Positions 37,961-48,932 of a stretch of DNA of 64,000 nt are shown piece by piece (position 1 is the stretch's first letter; each line of letters starts with the position of its first letter). Position numbers and translations under genes: made by a program. A model generated the notes under the pieces. That model worked only from the letters and a program-made list of their open reading frames with translations, was not told the origin of the DNA and did not search any database. Source of the DNA: Alphaproteobacteria bacterium (GTDB lineage Bacteria > Pseudomonadota > Alphaproteobacteria > GCA-2731375); contig CBDDPY010000002.1 of NCBI GenBank assembly GCA_965232515.1, forward strand, positions 6,208,001 through 6,272,000, read 5' to 3'.

Positions 37961-38413
37961 TCAGTTTTTCGCCCATTTTTCCGCCGCCGCGTCGTCGCTC
38001 GCCCGGGCTTCGACCCAGGCCGCGCCCGTGTCGGTGTCCTCCAGCTTCCAGAACGGCGCCTTGGTCTTCAGCCAGTCGACCAGGAACATGCAAGATTCGA
38101 AAGCGGCCTGACGGTGGGCCGAGGCCGTGGCGCAGAGCACGATCCGGTCACCCGGCCGCAGCTCGCCATACCGGTGGACGATGAGCACGGCGTCGAGCGG
38201 CCAGCGGCCGCGGGCCTCCGCCTCGATCTCGGCCAGCATCTTTTCGGTCATGCCGGGGTAGTGCTCCAGCGTCATGGCGGAGACGCCGACCCCGTCATTC
38301 ATGTCGCGGACCAGGCCGACGAACGACGCCACGCCGCCGATGTCGGTGCGGCCGTCGCTCAATGCCGCGAGCTCGGCGCCGACATCGAAATCCTCACGCT
38401 GGACCCGGATCAT
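37961..38413 (-). CDS. moaE: Molybdopterin synthase catalytic subunit
   Basis: MIRVQREDFD, LEHYPGM, HR.G.L and LKTKAPFWK motifs. Confidence 0.95.
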   Translation of the reverse strand: MIRVQREDFDVGAELAALSDGRTDIGGVASFVGLVRDMNDGVGVSAMTLEHYPGMTEKMLAEIEAEARGRWPLDAVLIVHRYGELRPGDRIVLCATASAHRQAAFESCMFLVDWLKTKAPFWKLEDTDTGAAWVEARASDDAAAEKWAKN

Positions 38414-38417
38414 AGGC

Positions 38418-38669
38418 TCAGCCACCCGTGACCGGTGGGAAGAAGGCGATCTCGTCGCCTGGCGCCACCGCCGCGTCGGCCTGCGCGAAGTCCTGGTTGA
38501 CGGCGCAGCGCACGGCGCCGAGATCGGCAAACGCCTCGGCATGGCCGTCGGAGCGCTGCGTCAGCCAGTCGATCAGACCGCCGACGGTGGTCACGTCAGC
38601 CGGAGGCTCGACCGTCTCTTCGGCCAGTCCCACCTTGGTCTTCAGCCAGGCAAAGTAAAGAATCTTCAC
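38418..38669 (-). CDS. moaD: Molybdopterin synthase sulfur carrier subunit
   Basis: YFAW at the N-terminus and FFPPVTGG at the C-terminus. Confidence 0.95.
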   Translation of the reverse strand: MKILYFAWLKTKVGLAEETVEPPADVTTVGGLIDWLTQRSDGHAEAFADLGAVRCAVNQDFAQADAAVAPGDEIAFFPPVTGG

Positions 38670-38738
38670 GCCGCATCCCTATCGCGTGGTGGCTACCGGC
38701 AGAATATCAGACAAAACCATCAGACGACGTGCAAATGG

Positions 38739-39995
38739 TCAGCCGACGACCTCATTGAACGGCAGAAAGTCGACCGGGCTGCCGGGATCGAGCTGGGTCA
38801 GCTCTTCCGGCAGCTCAACCAGCCCGTCGGAATCGACCATCGAGGTCAGAACCCCGGAACCCTGGCGATCGAACTTGCGGGCGACCAGCACGCCATCGCC
38901 GCCGCGCACCAGCCGCGCGCGGACCCATTCGCGGCGGTCGCGTTTCTTCCGGTGCGCGAAGTCAGCCGGCACCCGAAACAGCGTCGGTTCGACATCGGTC
39001 GCGCCGGCGAGCCGCAGGATCAGCGGCCGGGCGAAGCGCAGAAAGCAGATCATCGCGGCGACCGGATTGCCCGGCAACCCGACGATCGGCGTGCGCCCCA
39101 CCTGGCCCAGCGCCAGAGGGCGGCCGGGCTTGATGGCCAGCCGCCAGAAATGCAGGTTGCCCAGCGCCTCGACCGCCGCCTTAACATGGTCCTCGTCGCC
39201 GGTCGACATGCCGCCCGAGGTGATCAGCAGATCATGGCCGTCCGTGGCGGCGGCAAGCGCGTGGCGCACATCGTCGGCGTCGTCGGCGAGGATGCCGAGG
39301 TCGTCGACCTCGCAGCCGAGGTTCTGCAGCAAAGCGACCAGAACCCGCCGGTTGCTGTCGAAGACGCCGCCCGGCCGGAGTGGCTGTCCCGGCTCCTGAA
39401 GCTCGTCGCCGGTCGAAAACGCCGCCACCCGCAGACGCCGGTAGAGGTGCAACCGATCGCGGCCGATTGCCGCCAGTACGCCCAGATCCTGCGGCCGGAG
39501 ACGATGTCCGCGGCGCAGCACGATATCGCCGCGGGCGATGTCCTCGCCGGCCTTACGCCGGTTGGCGCCGGTCTTCAGGCCGGGCGGGACCAGCACGTCG
39601 TCGCCGTCCCGCGCCACATCTTCCTGCATGACCACGGTGTCGGTGCCGGCCGGCATCACCGCGCCGGTGAAGATCCTGGCGGCCTCGGCCTTGCCGATGG
39701 CGGTCTTTGCGGGGTGACCGGCCGCGGCCCGGGCGCGGACGGCGAGCCTGGTCTCGGCGTCGGGGCATAGATCGGCGAAGCGCAGGGCGAAACCATCGAC
39801 GGCGGCATTGTCGTGCTGCGGCACGTCGACCGCGGATACAATATCTTCGGCCAGCACGCGTCCGCGGGCATCTGCCAACGCAACGTCGTCGATCTCGGCC
39901 ACCGGCACGACGCGCTGGTTCAGCACGGCCAGCGCATCCGCCATGGTCATCAGATTGCCGCCGAATGCAAAGCAGTCGTCGGTCAGTTGCGTCAT
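38739..39995 (-). CDS. moeA: Molybdopterin molybdotransferase
   Basis: AVDGFA, IFTGA, STGDEL, IKPGRP and LPGNP motifs. Confidence 0.95.
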   Translation of the reverse strand: MTQLTDDCFAFGGNLMTMADALAVLNQRVVPVAEIDDVALADARGRVLAEDIVSAVDVPQHDNAAVDGFALRFADLCPDAETRLAVRARAAAGHPAKTAIGKAEAARIFTGAVMPAGTDTVVMQEDVARDGDDVLVPPGLKTGANRRKAGEDIARGDIVLRRGHRLRPQDLGVLAAIGRDRLHLYRRLRVAAFSTGDELQEPGQPLRPGGVFDSNRRVLVALLQNLGCEVDDLGILADDADDVRHALAAATDGHDLLITSGGMSTGDEDHVKAAVEALGNLHFWRLAIKPGRPLALGQVGRTPIVGLPGNPVAAMICFLRFARPLILRLAGATDVEPTLFRVPADFAHRKKRDRREWVRARLVRGGDGVLVARKFDRQGSGVLTSMVDSDGLVELPEELTQLDPGSPVDFLPFNEVVG

Positions 39996-40501
39996 GCCGC
40001 CGCATCCTCGAAACCGCAAGCCCTCATTACGATGTCGGCAATTGCCGCCACATCGTCAAGAACGACAACGGGCACCGGCGCGTTCGGCAGTGGGATATCG
40101 GACGCGATCGCCTTGATGTACGGGTCATCCGCGGCGAGCAGCGGCTTGCCGACGGCGGCGCGATAAACTTCAAGCTTGTCGTGCGCTTCGTGTTTGAAGC
40201 CCTCGACCAGGACCAGATCGACCGGCGACATGTGGGCCAGCAATTCGCCGAGATCGGCCTCCGGCATGTCCCGGTTTTCATGCATCAGCGCCCAGCGTTT
40301 GCCGGACGAGACCATGACCTCGCGGGCCCCGGCCTCGCGGTGCCGGTACGAATCCTTGCCTGGTTTGTCGACATCGAACGCGTGATGCGCATGCTTGACC
40401 GTCGACACCGTCAGACCGCGGGCAATCAGCTCCGGCAGGAGCCGGATCATCAATGTCGTCTTGCCGCTGCCGCTCCAACCCGCGAGCCCGAAAACTTTCA
40501 T
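39992..40501 (-). CDS. mobB: Molybdopterin-guanine dinucleotide biosynthesis protein B
   Basis: GWSGSGKTT, KHAHH, GKDS and VEGFK motifs. Confidence 0.94.
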   Translation of the reverse strand: MKVFGLAGWSGSGKTTLMIRLLPELIARGLTVSTVKHAHHAFDVDKPGKDSYRHREAGAREVMVSSGKRWALMHENRDMPEADLGELLAHMSPVDLVLVEGFKHEAHDKLEVYRAAVGKPLLAADDPYIKAIASDIPLPNAPVPVVVLDDVAAIADIVMRACGFEDAAA

Positions 40502-41139
40502 GTATCGTCGGTTCCGGTGCGCCGCACGTGGGCCAATTCGGTATCTGGGTGCGTGTCCTGATCGGGGGCGGGCGCCGGCGGCGCCGGCTCCGTCATGTGC
40601 CGCAGACCCAGGCGCAGATAGTCGTAGCCCGTGAAGACGGTCAACGTCGCCGCCAGCCAAAGTCCGGCCACGCCGATTTCGATGACCGGAATTACGTGCC
40701 AGCCGGCGTCACCGACGATCAGAAAGCCGATGGCCAGCATCTGTACGCCGGTCTTCCACTTCGCCAGCCGGCTGACCGGCATGCCGACGCGCAGCTCGGC
40801 GAGATACTCGCGCAGGCCCGAGACCATGATTTCGCGGCAGAGGATCAGGACCGCCGGCAGAATGGTCCAGTCGTCGATCCGGCCGACATGCACCAGCATC
40901 AACAGCGTCGCCGCGACCAGCAGCTTGTCGGCGACCGGATCCAGGAACCGGCCGAGGCCCGAGACCTCGTTGCGGCTGCGGGCCAGATGGCCGTCCAGCC
41001 AGTCGGTCACGCCGGCTGCGGCGAACAGCGCCAGCGCCACCCAGTTGCCCAGCGGCGACGAGAGGTAAAAAGACGCGATCAGCGCCGGGATCACGAGGAT
41101 CCGCGACACCGTCAGCAAATTGGGCAAGCTGGTGATCAT
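40498..41139 (-). CDS. pgsA: CDP-diacylglycerol--glycerol-3-phosphate 3-phosphatidyltransferase
   Basis: LPNLLT, DWLDGHLAR and G.FLDPVADK motifs. Confidence 0.95.
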   Translation of the reverse strand: MITSLPNLLTVSRILVIPALIASFYLSSPLGNWVALALFAAAGVTDWLDGHLARSRNEVSGLGRFLDPVADKLLVAATLLMLVHVGRIDDWTILPAVLILCREIMVSGLREYLAELRVGMPVSRLAKWKTGVQMLAIGFLIVGDAGWHVIPVIEIGVAGLWLAATLTVFTGYDYLRLGLRHMTEPAPPAPAPDQDTHPDTELAHVRRTGTDDT

Positions 41140-41241
41140 GCCGTCGGTTCCCCGCGGTCGTTGGGCGCCATCCTAACGCAACAATCTTGGTCGGGCGAGG
41201 GGCGGACAACGTACCGGACCCCGCGGCCGCCGGTATAAAAC

Positions 41242-43212
41242 TTACCCGTCAGGGTGAAAAAAATCATAAACGCGTCGCGCCACGGTTTTGCTGATTCCAG
41301 CGACACCTTCAAGGTCCACGAGCGCCGCCCGCTCGACCCCCTTGGCCGAGCCGAAATGGTTGAGCAGCGCCCGCTTGCGGCCGGGTCCGATGCCGTCGAT
41401 CTCGTCAAGGGCCGACTTGCCGACCGATTTGCCGCGACGGGCGCGGTGCGTGCCGATGGCGAAGCGGTGCGCTTCGTCGCGAAGGCGTTGCAGGTAGTAG
41501 AGCACCGGACTTCGGGGGTCCAGGCTAAAGGCCGGTTTGTCGGGCAGAAACAGCCGCTCGCGGCCGGCATTGCGGTCGGGGCCCTTGGCGATCGCCGCCA
41601 CGGCGATGCCGGTGATACCGAGATCGGCGAAGACATCCAGGGCCGCGTTCAGCTGGCCCGCGCCCCCGTCGATCAGCACCAGATCGGGTCGTTCGCCGGC
41701 GACGCGGCGATTTGCCGCAATGGCCTTGTCGTCTTCATCGTCGCTGGCGTTCTCGGCCTTCAGCAAACGGGCGAAGCGGCGTTGCAGCACTTCGCGCATC
41801 ATGGCGTAGTCGTCGCCGGGGGTCAGGCTGTCGCTGCGGATATTGAACTTGCGGTAGGCGTTCTTCAGCATGCCTTCGGGGCCGGCCACGATCATGCCGC
41901 CAATGGCGGCGGTGCCCTGAATGTGGCTGTTGTCGTAGACCTCGATGCGTGCGATCGGCCCGTCCAGACCGAAGACCTCGGCGACGCCGTCCAACAACCT
42001 GCGCTGCGCGCTGCTCTCGGCCAGACGCCGGCCCAGCGCCTCCCGGGCATTCACCGCGGCGTGGCGAACGAGTTCGCGCTTGGCGCCGCGCTGCGGCCGC
42101 AGCAGCCGCACCTTGTGGCCCGCCTTGATGGTCAGCGCCTCTTCGATGAGGTCGGCGGCGTCGATCCTTTCGTCGATCAGGATTTCGCGCGGAGGCGGCT
42201 TGTCGTCGTAGAACTGGCCCACGAACGCGGCCACGACCTCGGCAGCGCTCTGCTCGCGGCCGTGGCTTGGGAAATAGGCCCGATTGCCCCAGTTCTGTCC
42301 GGCCCGGAAAAAGAACACCTGAATGCAGGTTTGTCCGGCCTCCTGGTGCGCGGCGATGACGTCGGCTTCGTCGACGCTGGCGACGTTGATGCCCTGGTGG
42401 GACTGGATATGCGCAAGCGCCCGCACGCGGTCCCGATAGTGCGCCGCGGTCTCGAAGTCGAGCGCGTCGCTGGCCGCCGTCATCCGCTGAGACAGGTCGC
42501 GTTGCACCTCCTGGCTGCGGCCCGACAGAAAGTCCGTGGCCTGGTGCACCAGGTCGATATAGTCCGACTGCGAGATCCGGCCGACGCAGGGCGCGGTGCA
42601 GCGCTTGATCTGATACTGCAGGCAGGGCCGGGTGCGGGAATAGAAAATGCTGTCCGAGCAGGAGCGCAGCGGAAACGCCTTTTGCAGCGTGTTCAACGTC
42701 TTGTTGACCGCGCCGGCGGAGGCAAACGGCCCGAAATAGCGGCCCCTGCGGCTGCGCGCGCCCCGGTGCTTCAGCAGTTGCGGCCATTCGTGGTCGCCGG
42801 TCAGCAGTATGAACGGATAGGACTTGTCGTCGCGCAGCAGGATGTTGAAACGCGGCCGCAGGCGCTTGATCAGGTTGGATTCAAGCAGCAGCGCCTCGAC
42901 CTCGGTATGGGTGGTCACCACCTCCATGGCGTGGGTCAGGCTGACCATGCGCAGGATGCGGGTCGACAGACCGGCCGGGTTCACATAGCTCTGCACCCGG
43001 TTCTTGAGGTTTTTCGCCTTGCCGACATACAGGACCTCGCCGTCGGCGCCGATCATACGATAGACGCCGGGGCTGTTTGGGATGGTCTTCAGGGCGTTGC
43101 CGATGGCGGCGCGCCCACGGTCGAGCGCGGCCATGCCGGTTTCGGCCTCGGCCGGCGCGGCGTCGCCCGGCAGATTGGCCGGCGCGTCCTCAGGTTTTCG
43201 GGCTTTCGACAT
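41242..43212 (-). CDS. uvrC: Excinuclease ABC subunit C
   Basis: PGVY...[14 protein letters not shown] domain, [15 protein letters not shown] and HhH motifs. Confidence 0.97.
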   Translation of the reverse strand: MSKARKPEDAPANLPGDAAPAEAETGMAALDRGRAAIGNALKTIPNSPGVYRMIGADGEVLYVGKAKNLKNRVQSYVNPAGLSTRILRMVSLTHAMEVVTTHTEVEALLLESNLIKRLRPRFNILLRDDKSYPFILLTGDHEWPQLLKHRGARSRRGRYFGPFASAGAVNKTLNTLQKAFPLRSCSDSIFYSRTRPCLQYQIKRCTAPCVGRISQSDYIDLVHQATDFLSGRSQEVQRDLSQRMTAASDALDFETAAHYRDRVRALAHIQSHQGINVASVDEADVIAAHQEAGQTCIQVFFFRAGQNWGNRAYFPSHGREQSAAEVVAAFVGQFYDDKPPPREILIDERIDAADLIEEALTIKAGHKVRLLRPQRGAKRELVRHAAVNAREALGRRLAESSAQRRLLDGVAEVFGLDGPIARIEVYDNSHIQGTAAIGGMIVAGPEGMLKNAYRKFNIRSDSLTPGDDYAMMREVLQRRFARLLKAENASDDEDDKAIAANRRVAGERPDLVLIDGGAGQLNAALDVFADLGITGIAVAAIAKGPDRNAGRERLFLPDKPAFSLDPRSPVLYYLQRLRDEAHRFAIGTHRARRGKSVGKSALDEIDGIGPGRKRALLNHFGSAKGVERAALVDLEGVAGISKTVARRVYDFFHPDG

Positions 43213-43311
43213 CCTGATCCATTCTGGCTCGAACCCGGATCACGTCAATCTCGGGGACGTTGCCACACGGATTGCCAGGCACGCGACGCGACCGTTTTTC
43301 AGATTCGGCGG

Positions 43312-43346
43312 CTATCCACCGAAGCTGTGGATAACTTTGTGGCAAA
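43312..43346. promoter_or_regulatory. Three-DnaA-box core
   Basis: CTATCCACC, 5 bp, TGTGGATAA (perfect box), 3 bp, TGTGGCAAA. Confidence 0.7.
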
Positions 43347-43496
43347 CCAACCCTCCGTTGCGACTCCCCCGCAGGAATCCGGCTTTTTCTAAGCGTTGCC
43401 GAAAAATTAGGCAATCAGGCAAGTCTTTGAAATCATTGAATTAATGTGGTGTTTTATGCGCGCAATCAGGGTGTCGGCGGAAAGGTAAATAGCCGT

Positions 43497-43512
43497 TTAA
43501 CAAAAACTTAAC
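43497..43512. promoter_or_regulatory. CtrA binding site
   Basis: TTAA-CAAAAAC-TTAAC is an exact TTAA-N7-TTAAC. More TTAA half sites occur at 43622-43640. Confidence 0.7.
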
Positions 43513-43716
43513 CGAGAATCCCGCCTGTGCACAAATTACCGATATTGACATGATGATAGCTCGATGACGTCAAATTGCGCCCCTAGACCTGGACCGTTGG
43601 CTGCTCGATGACCGTTTATGGTTAATGGAAGTTAACTTAACAATTAGCCGAATGAATTCTTGGAGGCCAAAACAAAAGCGGTTTCCGATACCGATCAGGT
43701 CTTCCGCGAATCAGCG

Positions 43717-44487
43717 TCACTCGATCGAATTGTCCGAATCGGCCGGTTTCCAAGCCAAATGTTGGCCACCATCGAGGGCGATCATCTGTCCGGTCATCGA
43801 CGGCATATCCAGAATAAAGCGGACCGCGGCGCAGATTTCCGTCGGCGTGGCGCCGCGGCCAAGCGGTGTTGCCCGGCACTGGGCTTCGAACTGGGCATCC
43901 GACTGGCGTGTCGACGGCAAGGTCGGACCGGGACCGATGGCGTTGACGCGAATTCGCGGGGCCAAGCCCATCGCCGTGGTTCGCGTCAGGGCCCAGAGCC
44001 CTGACTTCGCGGCGGTATAGGACAGGAAGTAGGGCGTCAGCCGCCATACGCGCTGATCCAGGATGTTAATTACGTTGCCTTCGACACCGGCCGGCAGTTG
44101 CGCCGAGAAGGCCTGAGTCAGCAGCGCCGGCGCGCGCAGGTTGATGTCGAGATGAGCGTGCCAGGATTCCGGCGTCACGGTCTCGACCGTATCCATCTCG
44201 AACAGCGAGGCGTTGTTGATCAGGCAGGTGAGGGGGCCGATGGCGTCGACCGCGCGCACGATCAGCGACTTGGTGTCGTCGAGACTGGCCAGATCGGCTT
44301 GAATTGCACTGGCCGTACCGCCGGCATCGGTGATTTCCCGGACGACGGCATCGGCATCTTCCGAGGACGACAGGTAGTGCACGCCCACCGTCCAGCCGTG
44401 CGCCGCCAGATCCAGGGCGATCGCGCGGCCGAGCCGTCGGCCCGCGCCCGTTACCAATACGGCCCTTTGGTCTTTCGCCGCCGACAT
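43717..44487 (-). CDS. SDR oxidoreductase, pteridine reductase/FolM-like
   Basis: TGAGRRLG, NNASLF, DQRV, YTAAK and DGGQHL motifs. Confidence 0.85.
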   Translation of the reverse strand: MSAAKDQRAVLVTGAGRRLGRAIALDLAAHGWTVGVHYLSSSEDADAVVREITDAGGTASAIQADLASLDDTKSLIVRAVDAIGPLTCLINNASLFEMDTVETVTPESWHAHLDINLRAPALLTQAFSAQLPAGVEGNVINILDQRVWRLTPYFLSYTAAKSGLWALTRTTAMGLAPRIRVNAIGPGPTLPSTRQSDAQFEAQCRATPLGRGATPTEICAAVRFILDMPSMTGQMIALDGGQHLAWKPADSDNSIE

Positions 44488-44491
44488 CGCC

Positions 44492-45475
44492 TCAGCCGGT
44501 CATGCCGGCGTGATCGGCCATCGCCGAAACGCCATGGAACAAGGCCCAGAGATAAATCGCATAGCCAACGGCCAGAACGGTTCCCGCCATCCGATTGATC
44601 GACGCGCCGCGCAGCACGAACAGCAAAAGCACGACCGACGACGCCAGCATAAGCCAGAGATCGAAGGTCAGGAACTGGTCCGGCACAGGGATTGGCCGGA
44701 CCATGGCGGTGACGCCCATGATGCCGAGAATGTTGAACAGGTTGGAGCCGACGACATTGCCGACCGCGACATCGCCGTGGCGGCGGATGGCGGCCACGAC
44801 CGAGGTCGCCAACTCCGGCAGCGACGTGCCGATCGCGACCAGCGTCAGGCCGATCACCTCTTCCGGGATGCCGGCCGCGCGGGCGAGGCCGGTGGCGCCG
44901 TCGACCAGCAAGCTGGAGCCGGCGACGAGACCGACCAGTCCGACGAGGACCAGAACCGACGAAACGAACATCGAATGCGGCCGCACGGCGATGCCTTCGA
45001 TCTCGTCGACGATGGCCTCGACGGTCTGATCGCCGTTGCGCGACGACAGGTAGGACCGAACCAGGAACCCGATCAGGAGCGCCAGCATGATGGCGCCCTG
45101 CCAGAACTGGATCAGGCCGGTCCAGCACAGCGCCACGAACAAGACGCTGACACCGACCATGATGGCGCTGTCGCGGCGAACGCTTTCCGCATTGCAGGCG
45201 ATCGGAAAGATCACCGCCGGCAAGCCCAGCACCAGCAGAATGTTGGCGATATTGCTGCCGACGACGTTGCCAATGGCGATTTCGGGAACGCCGGCGATCG
45301 CCGACTTGACGCAGACCACCAGCTCGGGCGACGAGGTTCCGAACGCCACCACCGTCAGCCCGATGACCAATGGCGGCACGCCGAGGCGTTGGGCCAGGGC
45401 GACCGCGCCGCGCACCAGAACGTCGCCGCCGACCAGCAGAATGACCAGCCCGCCGGCGACCATCAGATACATCAT
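44492..45475 (-). CDS. Calcium/sodium antiporter (YrbG family)
   Basis: Two GTS.PEL...GNVVGSN alpha repeats. Confidence 0.92.
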   Translation of the reverse strand: MMYLMVAGGLVILLVGGDVLVRGAVALAQRLGVPPLVIGLTVVAFGTSSPELVVCVKSAIAGVPEIAIGNVVGSNIANILLVLGLPAVIFPIACNAESVRRDSAIMVGVSVLFVALCWTGLIQFWQGAIMLALLIGFLVRSYLSSRNGDQTVEAIVDEIEGIAVRPHSMFVSSVLVLVGLVGLVAGSSLLVDGATGLARAAGIPEEVIGLTLVAIGTSLPELATSVVAAIRRHGDVAVGNVVGSNLFNILGIMGVTAMVRPIPVPDQFLTFDLWLMLASSVVLLLFVLRGASINRMAGTVLAVGYAIYLWALFHGVSAMADHAGMTG

Positions 45476-45588
45476 ACGAGCGCCACTCGGCGGTTACGAT
45501 CCCGCGGCGACGGTCTTCCCCAGAGATCCGAACGCCGACGCCGACTTATAAAGGTGGTGCACACGTCAGGTAAAGGCGGCGACGCGGT

Positions 45589-46011
45589 TTACGACGCGGT
45601 TGCGTCGTGCGGCGGTCCCTTAAGCTCGACCGTGTTGCCCTCGGGATCCTTCAGGTACAGGGACGGTCCGTCGCCCTCGGCGCCATAGCGGGTGCCCGCT
45701 TCGCCGATGTCGACGTCGTGAGCTGTCAGGTAGGCGGTCAGCGCGTCGAGATCGAAGGTGGCGATCCGCAGGGCGACGTGATCCATGTTGTGGCCCTCGG
45801 AACCCGGCGCGGCGCCGCCCGCGCGGCCAAGCTGGCCGTCGACCGGGACCAGGTCGATCAGCGACGCGCCGGCGCGCAGTTGCACGAGCCCAAGCTTGTC
45901 GACCCGTCGTTCCTCTCGGCAGCCCAGGACGTCGCTATAGAAAGCCAGCATTCGTGGCAGATCCCTGACACGCAGCACGACGTGATCGATGCCCTTGATG
46001 TCAATTGCCAT
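45589..46011 (-). CDS. VOC family protein
   Basis: IDHVVLRV, DH and YLKDPEGNTVEL motifs. Confidence 0.85.
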   Translation of the reverse strand: MAIDIKGIDHVVLRVRDLPRMLAFYSDVLGCREERRVDKLGLVQLRAGASLIDLVPVDGQLGRAGGAAPGSEGHNMDHVALRIATFDLDALTAYLTAHDVDIGEAGTRYGAEGDGPSLYLKDPEGNTVELKGPPHDATAS

Positions 46012-46030
46012 GGCTGCCCGATCCGTTCTG

Positions 46031-48331
46031 TTAGCGGCCCCGGCCGCGTCCGCCGCGACGGCGCCCCCGCGCGCCGTCCAGCATGTCCGGTGTCAATACA
46101 ACGGCGGCATCGGAGTCCGGTTGGGGCGCGTCATCGCGCCGTTTTGCAGTCTTGCGCCGCGATCCGCCGGCCGGCTTCGGCGCCGCGCCCTTGCCGCGCC
46201 GTCGCGGCCGCGCCTTGCCGTCGCCTTCCAGGGTTTCCAGCTCCAGTTGCTCGAGGCGCTGAATCTCGTCGCGCAGCCGCGCCGCTTCCTCGAATTCCAG
46301 CTCGGCCGCCGCGGTCCGCATCTGTTTCTCCAGGTCCTCGATATAGGCCCGGAGGTTGTGGCCGATCAGATGCGGCGTGTCGGCGTCGCCGGTGTCGACG
46401 GTCACGTGATCCGCCTCGTAGACGCTCTGCATTACGTCGGAGATGTTCTTGCGGACCGTTTCCGGCGTGATGCCGTTCTCTTTGTTGAAGGCTTCCTGCT
46501 TGGCGCGCCGGCGATCGGTCTCTTCAAGCGCCCGCGTCAGGCTGTCGGTCATCCGGTCGGCATAGAGCACGACACGGCCGTCGACGTTCCGCGCGGCGCG
46601 GCCGATGGTCTGGACCAGCGAGGTTTCCGAGCGCAGATAGCCTTCCTTATCGGCGTCCAGAATCGCGACCAGCGCGCATTCCGGGATATCGAGGCCCTCG
46701 CGCAGCAGGTTGATGCCGACCAGGATGTCGAACACGCCCAGCCGCAGGTCGCGGATGATCTCGATGCGCTCCAGCGTGTCGACGTCGGAGTGCATGTAAC
46801 GGACCTTGAAACCGGCCTCGTGCAGATAGTCGGTCAGGTCCTCGGCCATGCGTTTGGTCAGAGTCGTCACCAGGGCGCGATAGCCCATGGAGATGATCTC
46901 GCGGCACTCGGCCATCAGGTCGTCGACCTGGCTTTCGACCGGCCGCACCTCGCAGGGCGGGTCGGTCAGGCCGGTCGGCCGGATCACCTGCTCCACGAAC
47001 ACGCCGCCGGTGCGCTCCAGTTCCCACTTGCCGGGCGTCGCCGAGACGAACACGGATTGCGGCCGCATGGTGTCCCATTCGTCGAACTTCAGCGGCCGGT
47101 TGTCGACGCAGGACGGCAGCCGGAAGCCGAACTCGGACAGGGTCCATTTGCGGCGATAGTCGCCCCGGAACATGCCGCCGACCTGCGGCACGGTGATATG
47201 GCTCTCGTCGACGATCAGCAGCGCGTCGTCGGGCAGATATTCGAACAGCGTCGGCGGCGGCTCGCCCGGGTTGCGGCCGGTCAGGTAGCGTGAGTAGTTC
47301 TCGATGCCGGGGCAGGAGCCGGTGGCCTCGATCATCTCCATATCGAGCATGGTGCGCTGCTCGATACGCTCGGCCTCCAGCAGCAGCCCGCGGTCGCGGA
47401 ACCGGTCGAGCGTGATGACGAGTTCTTCCTTGATCGACTTGATCGCCTGCTGAAGGGTCGGCCGTGGCGTCACGTAGTGGCTGTTGGCGTAGACCTTGAC
47501 CTTGTCCAGCGTGTCGGTCTTCTGACCGGTCAGCGGGTCGAACTCGACGATGCCGACCAGTTCGTCACCGAACAGATCGAAGCGCCAGCCGCGGTCCTCG
47601 AGGTGGGCCGGCCACAGCTCGACAGTGTCGCCGCGCACGCGGAAACTGCCGCGACCGAAGCCGACATCGTTACGCTTGTATTGCAGGTAGACGAACTGCC
47701 GCAACAGCTCCTGCCGGTCGATGCGCTGGCCGACCGACAGACTGACAGTCATCTCGCTGTAGGTTTCGACCGAGCCGATACCGTAGATGCAGGAGACCGA
47801 GGCGACGATGACGACGTCGTCGCGCTCCAGCACGGCGCGCGTGGCGGCGTGCCGCATGCGGTCGATCTGCGCGTTGATCGACGATTCCTTCTCGACATAG
47901 GTGTCGGTGCGCGGCACGTAGGCTTCCGGCTGGTAGTAGTCGTAATAGGAAACGAAATACTCGACCGCGTTGTTCGGAAAGAATCCCTTCATCTCGCCGT
48001 AAAGCTGGGCCGCCAAGATTTTGTTCGGCGCCAGGATCAAGGCCGGCCGCTGCACGTTCTGAATAACGTGCGCCATGGTGAAGGTCTTGCCCGAGCCGGT
48101 CACGCCCAGCAGCACCTGATCCTTCTCGCCCTGGTTCATGCCATCGGTCAGCTCGACGATGGCCTGCGGCTGGTCGCCCGACGGCCGATAGTCCGATTGC
48201 AGCTCGAAGCGGCGGCCGCCGTCGCTCTTCTCCGGGCGCTCCGGACGTACCGGTACCCAGGTGACCTTTTCGGCCTGGGCCAGGGCGTATTCGAACTGGC
48301 GCTGGGTCTCTTGCAGCGAGGTGTGAGCCAT
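46031..48331 (-). CDS. uvrB: Excinuclease ABC subunit B
   Basis: [22 protein letters not shown] and GRAARN motifs plus a UVR domain. Confidence 0.98.
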   Translation of the reverse strand: MAHTSLQETQRQFEYALAQAEKVTWVPVRPERPEKSDGGRRFELQSDYRPSGDQPQAIVELTDGMNQGEKDQVLLGVTGSGKTFTMAHVIQNVQRPALILAPNKILAAQLYGEMKGFFPNNAVEYFVSYYDYYQPEAYVPRTDTYVEKESSINAQIDRMRHAATRAVLERDDVVIVASVSCIYGIGSVETYSEMTVSLSVGQRIDRQELLRQFVYLQYKRNDVGFGRGSFRVRGDTVELWPAHLEDRGWRFDLFGDELVGIVEFDPLTGQKTDTLDKVKVYANSHYVTPRPTLQQAIKSIKEELVITLDRFRDRGLLLEAERIEQRTMLDMEMIEATGSCPGIENYSRYLTGRNPGEPPPTLFEYLPDDALLIVDESHITVPQVGGMFRGDYRRKWTLSEFGFRLPSCVDNRPLKFDEWDTMRPQSVFVSATPGKWELERTGGVFVEQVIRPTGLTDPPCEVRPVESQVDDLMAECREIISMGYRALVTTLTKRMAEDLTDYLHEAGFKVRYMHSDVDTLERIEIIRDLRLGVFDILVGINLLREGLDIPECALVAILDADKEGYLRSETSLVQTIGRAARNVDGRVVLYADRMTDSLTRALEETDRRRAKQEAFNKENGITPETVRKNISDVMQSVYEADHVTVDTGDADTPHLIGHNLRAYIEDLEKQMRTAAAELEFEEAARLRDEIQRLEQLELETLEGDGKARPRRRGKGAAPKPAGGSRRKTAKRRDDAPQPDSDAAVVLTPDMLDGARGRRRGGRGRGR

Positions 48332-48401
48332 GACCTAGTTATATCGGCACGCGTGCGCGGAACGCCAGGGGGGCATTGCCAACACGTGGGAATCTATGAC
48401 G

Positions 48402-48932
48402 TCATGCCGACGACGCAAGCAGGCCTTTCAGAACGGCCGTTAGTTCGGCTTGGGTAACGTGGGTCTTGCGGGCGCCGGGGGCATGCCGAAAACGCCAGGC
48501 CTGCCGGCCTTGACGGTCGAAAACGACGACCGTGGGAATGCGGTCGACATCGCCGAAGGCCTTCTTGGCCCGGTCGTCGCCCCTGACCAGCGGAAACGCC
48601 GGCTGGGTCCGATCGATGAACCGGTCCAGTTTCGCGGGGCTCGACAAACCGCCGAAGTCCTCGAAAAGGTTAATCCCGACGATCGCCAGATCCGCTTCGT
48701 CGAAGCCGGCTCGAATGGCGTTCAGATGCTTGAACTCGGCATAGCAGGGCGGGCACCAGCTGGCGAAAAAGGTGACGACTACCAGTCGATTCGACAGGGA
48801 TTCGGCCGTCACGGGCCCGCCCCACAGGGGCGCCAGCCCTGGCAGCAGAGAGAGTGGCGACCCGTGCGCCCGCGCAATCAGTGGCAGCGCGGTCAAACCA
48901 CAGGCGATCTGCAGGAACGTGCGACGTAGCAT
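48402..48932 (-). CDS. TlpA-like thiol-disulfide oxidoreductase with Tat-like signal
   Basis: RRTFLQ, FFASWCPPC and IPT motifs. Start is uncertain (48932 or 48953). Confidence 0.8.
   Translation of the reverse strand: MLRRTFLQIACGLTALPLIARAHGSPLSLLPGLAPLWGGPVTAESLSNRLVVVTFFASWCPPCYAEFKHLNAIRAGFDEADLAIVGINLFEDFGGLSSPAKLDRFIDRTQPAFPLVRGDDRAKKAFGDVDRIPTVVVFDRQGRQAWRFRHAPGARKTHVTQAELTAVLKGLLASSA

Noticed and set aside
41254-43392. Long antisense ORFs (also 51765-53837, 54830-56929, 10899-12446 and others)
   Set aside because: They are stop-poor shadows opposite real genes in high-GC DNA and have no recognisable motifs.
43625-44047. ORFs starting or ending in the uvrC upstream region
   Set aside because: They overlap the SDR gene and have no recognisable motifs.
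48332-48401. Alphaproteobacterial LexA box upstream of uvrB
   Set aside because: No GAAC-N7-GAAC or GTTC-N7-GTTC with correct spacing was found.
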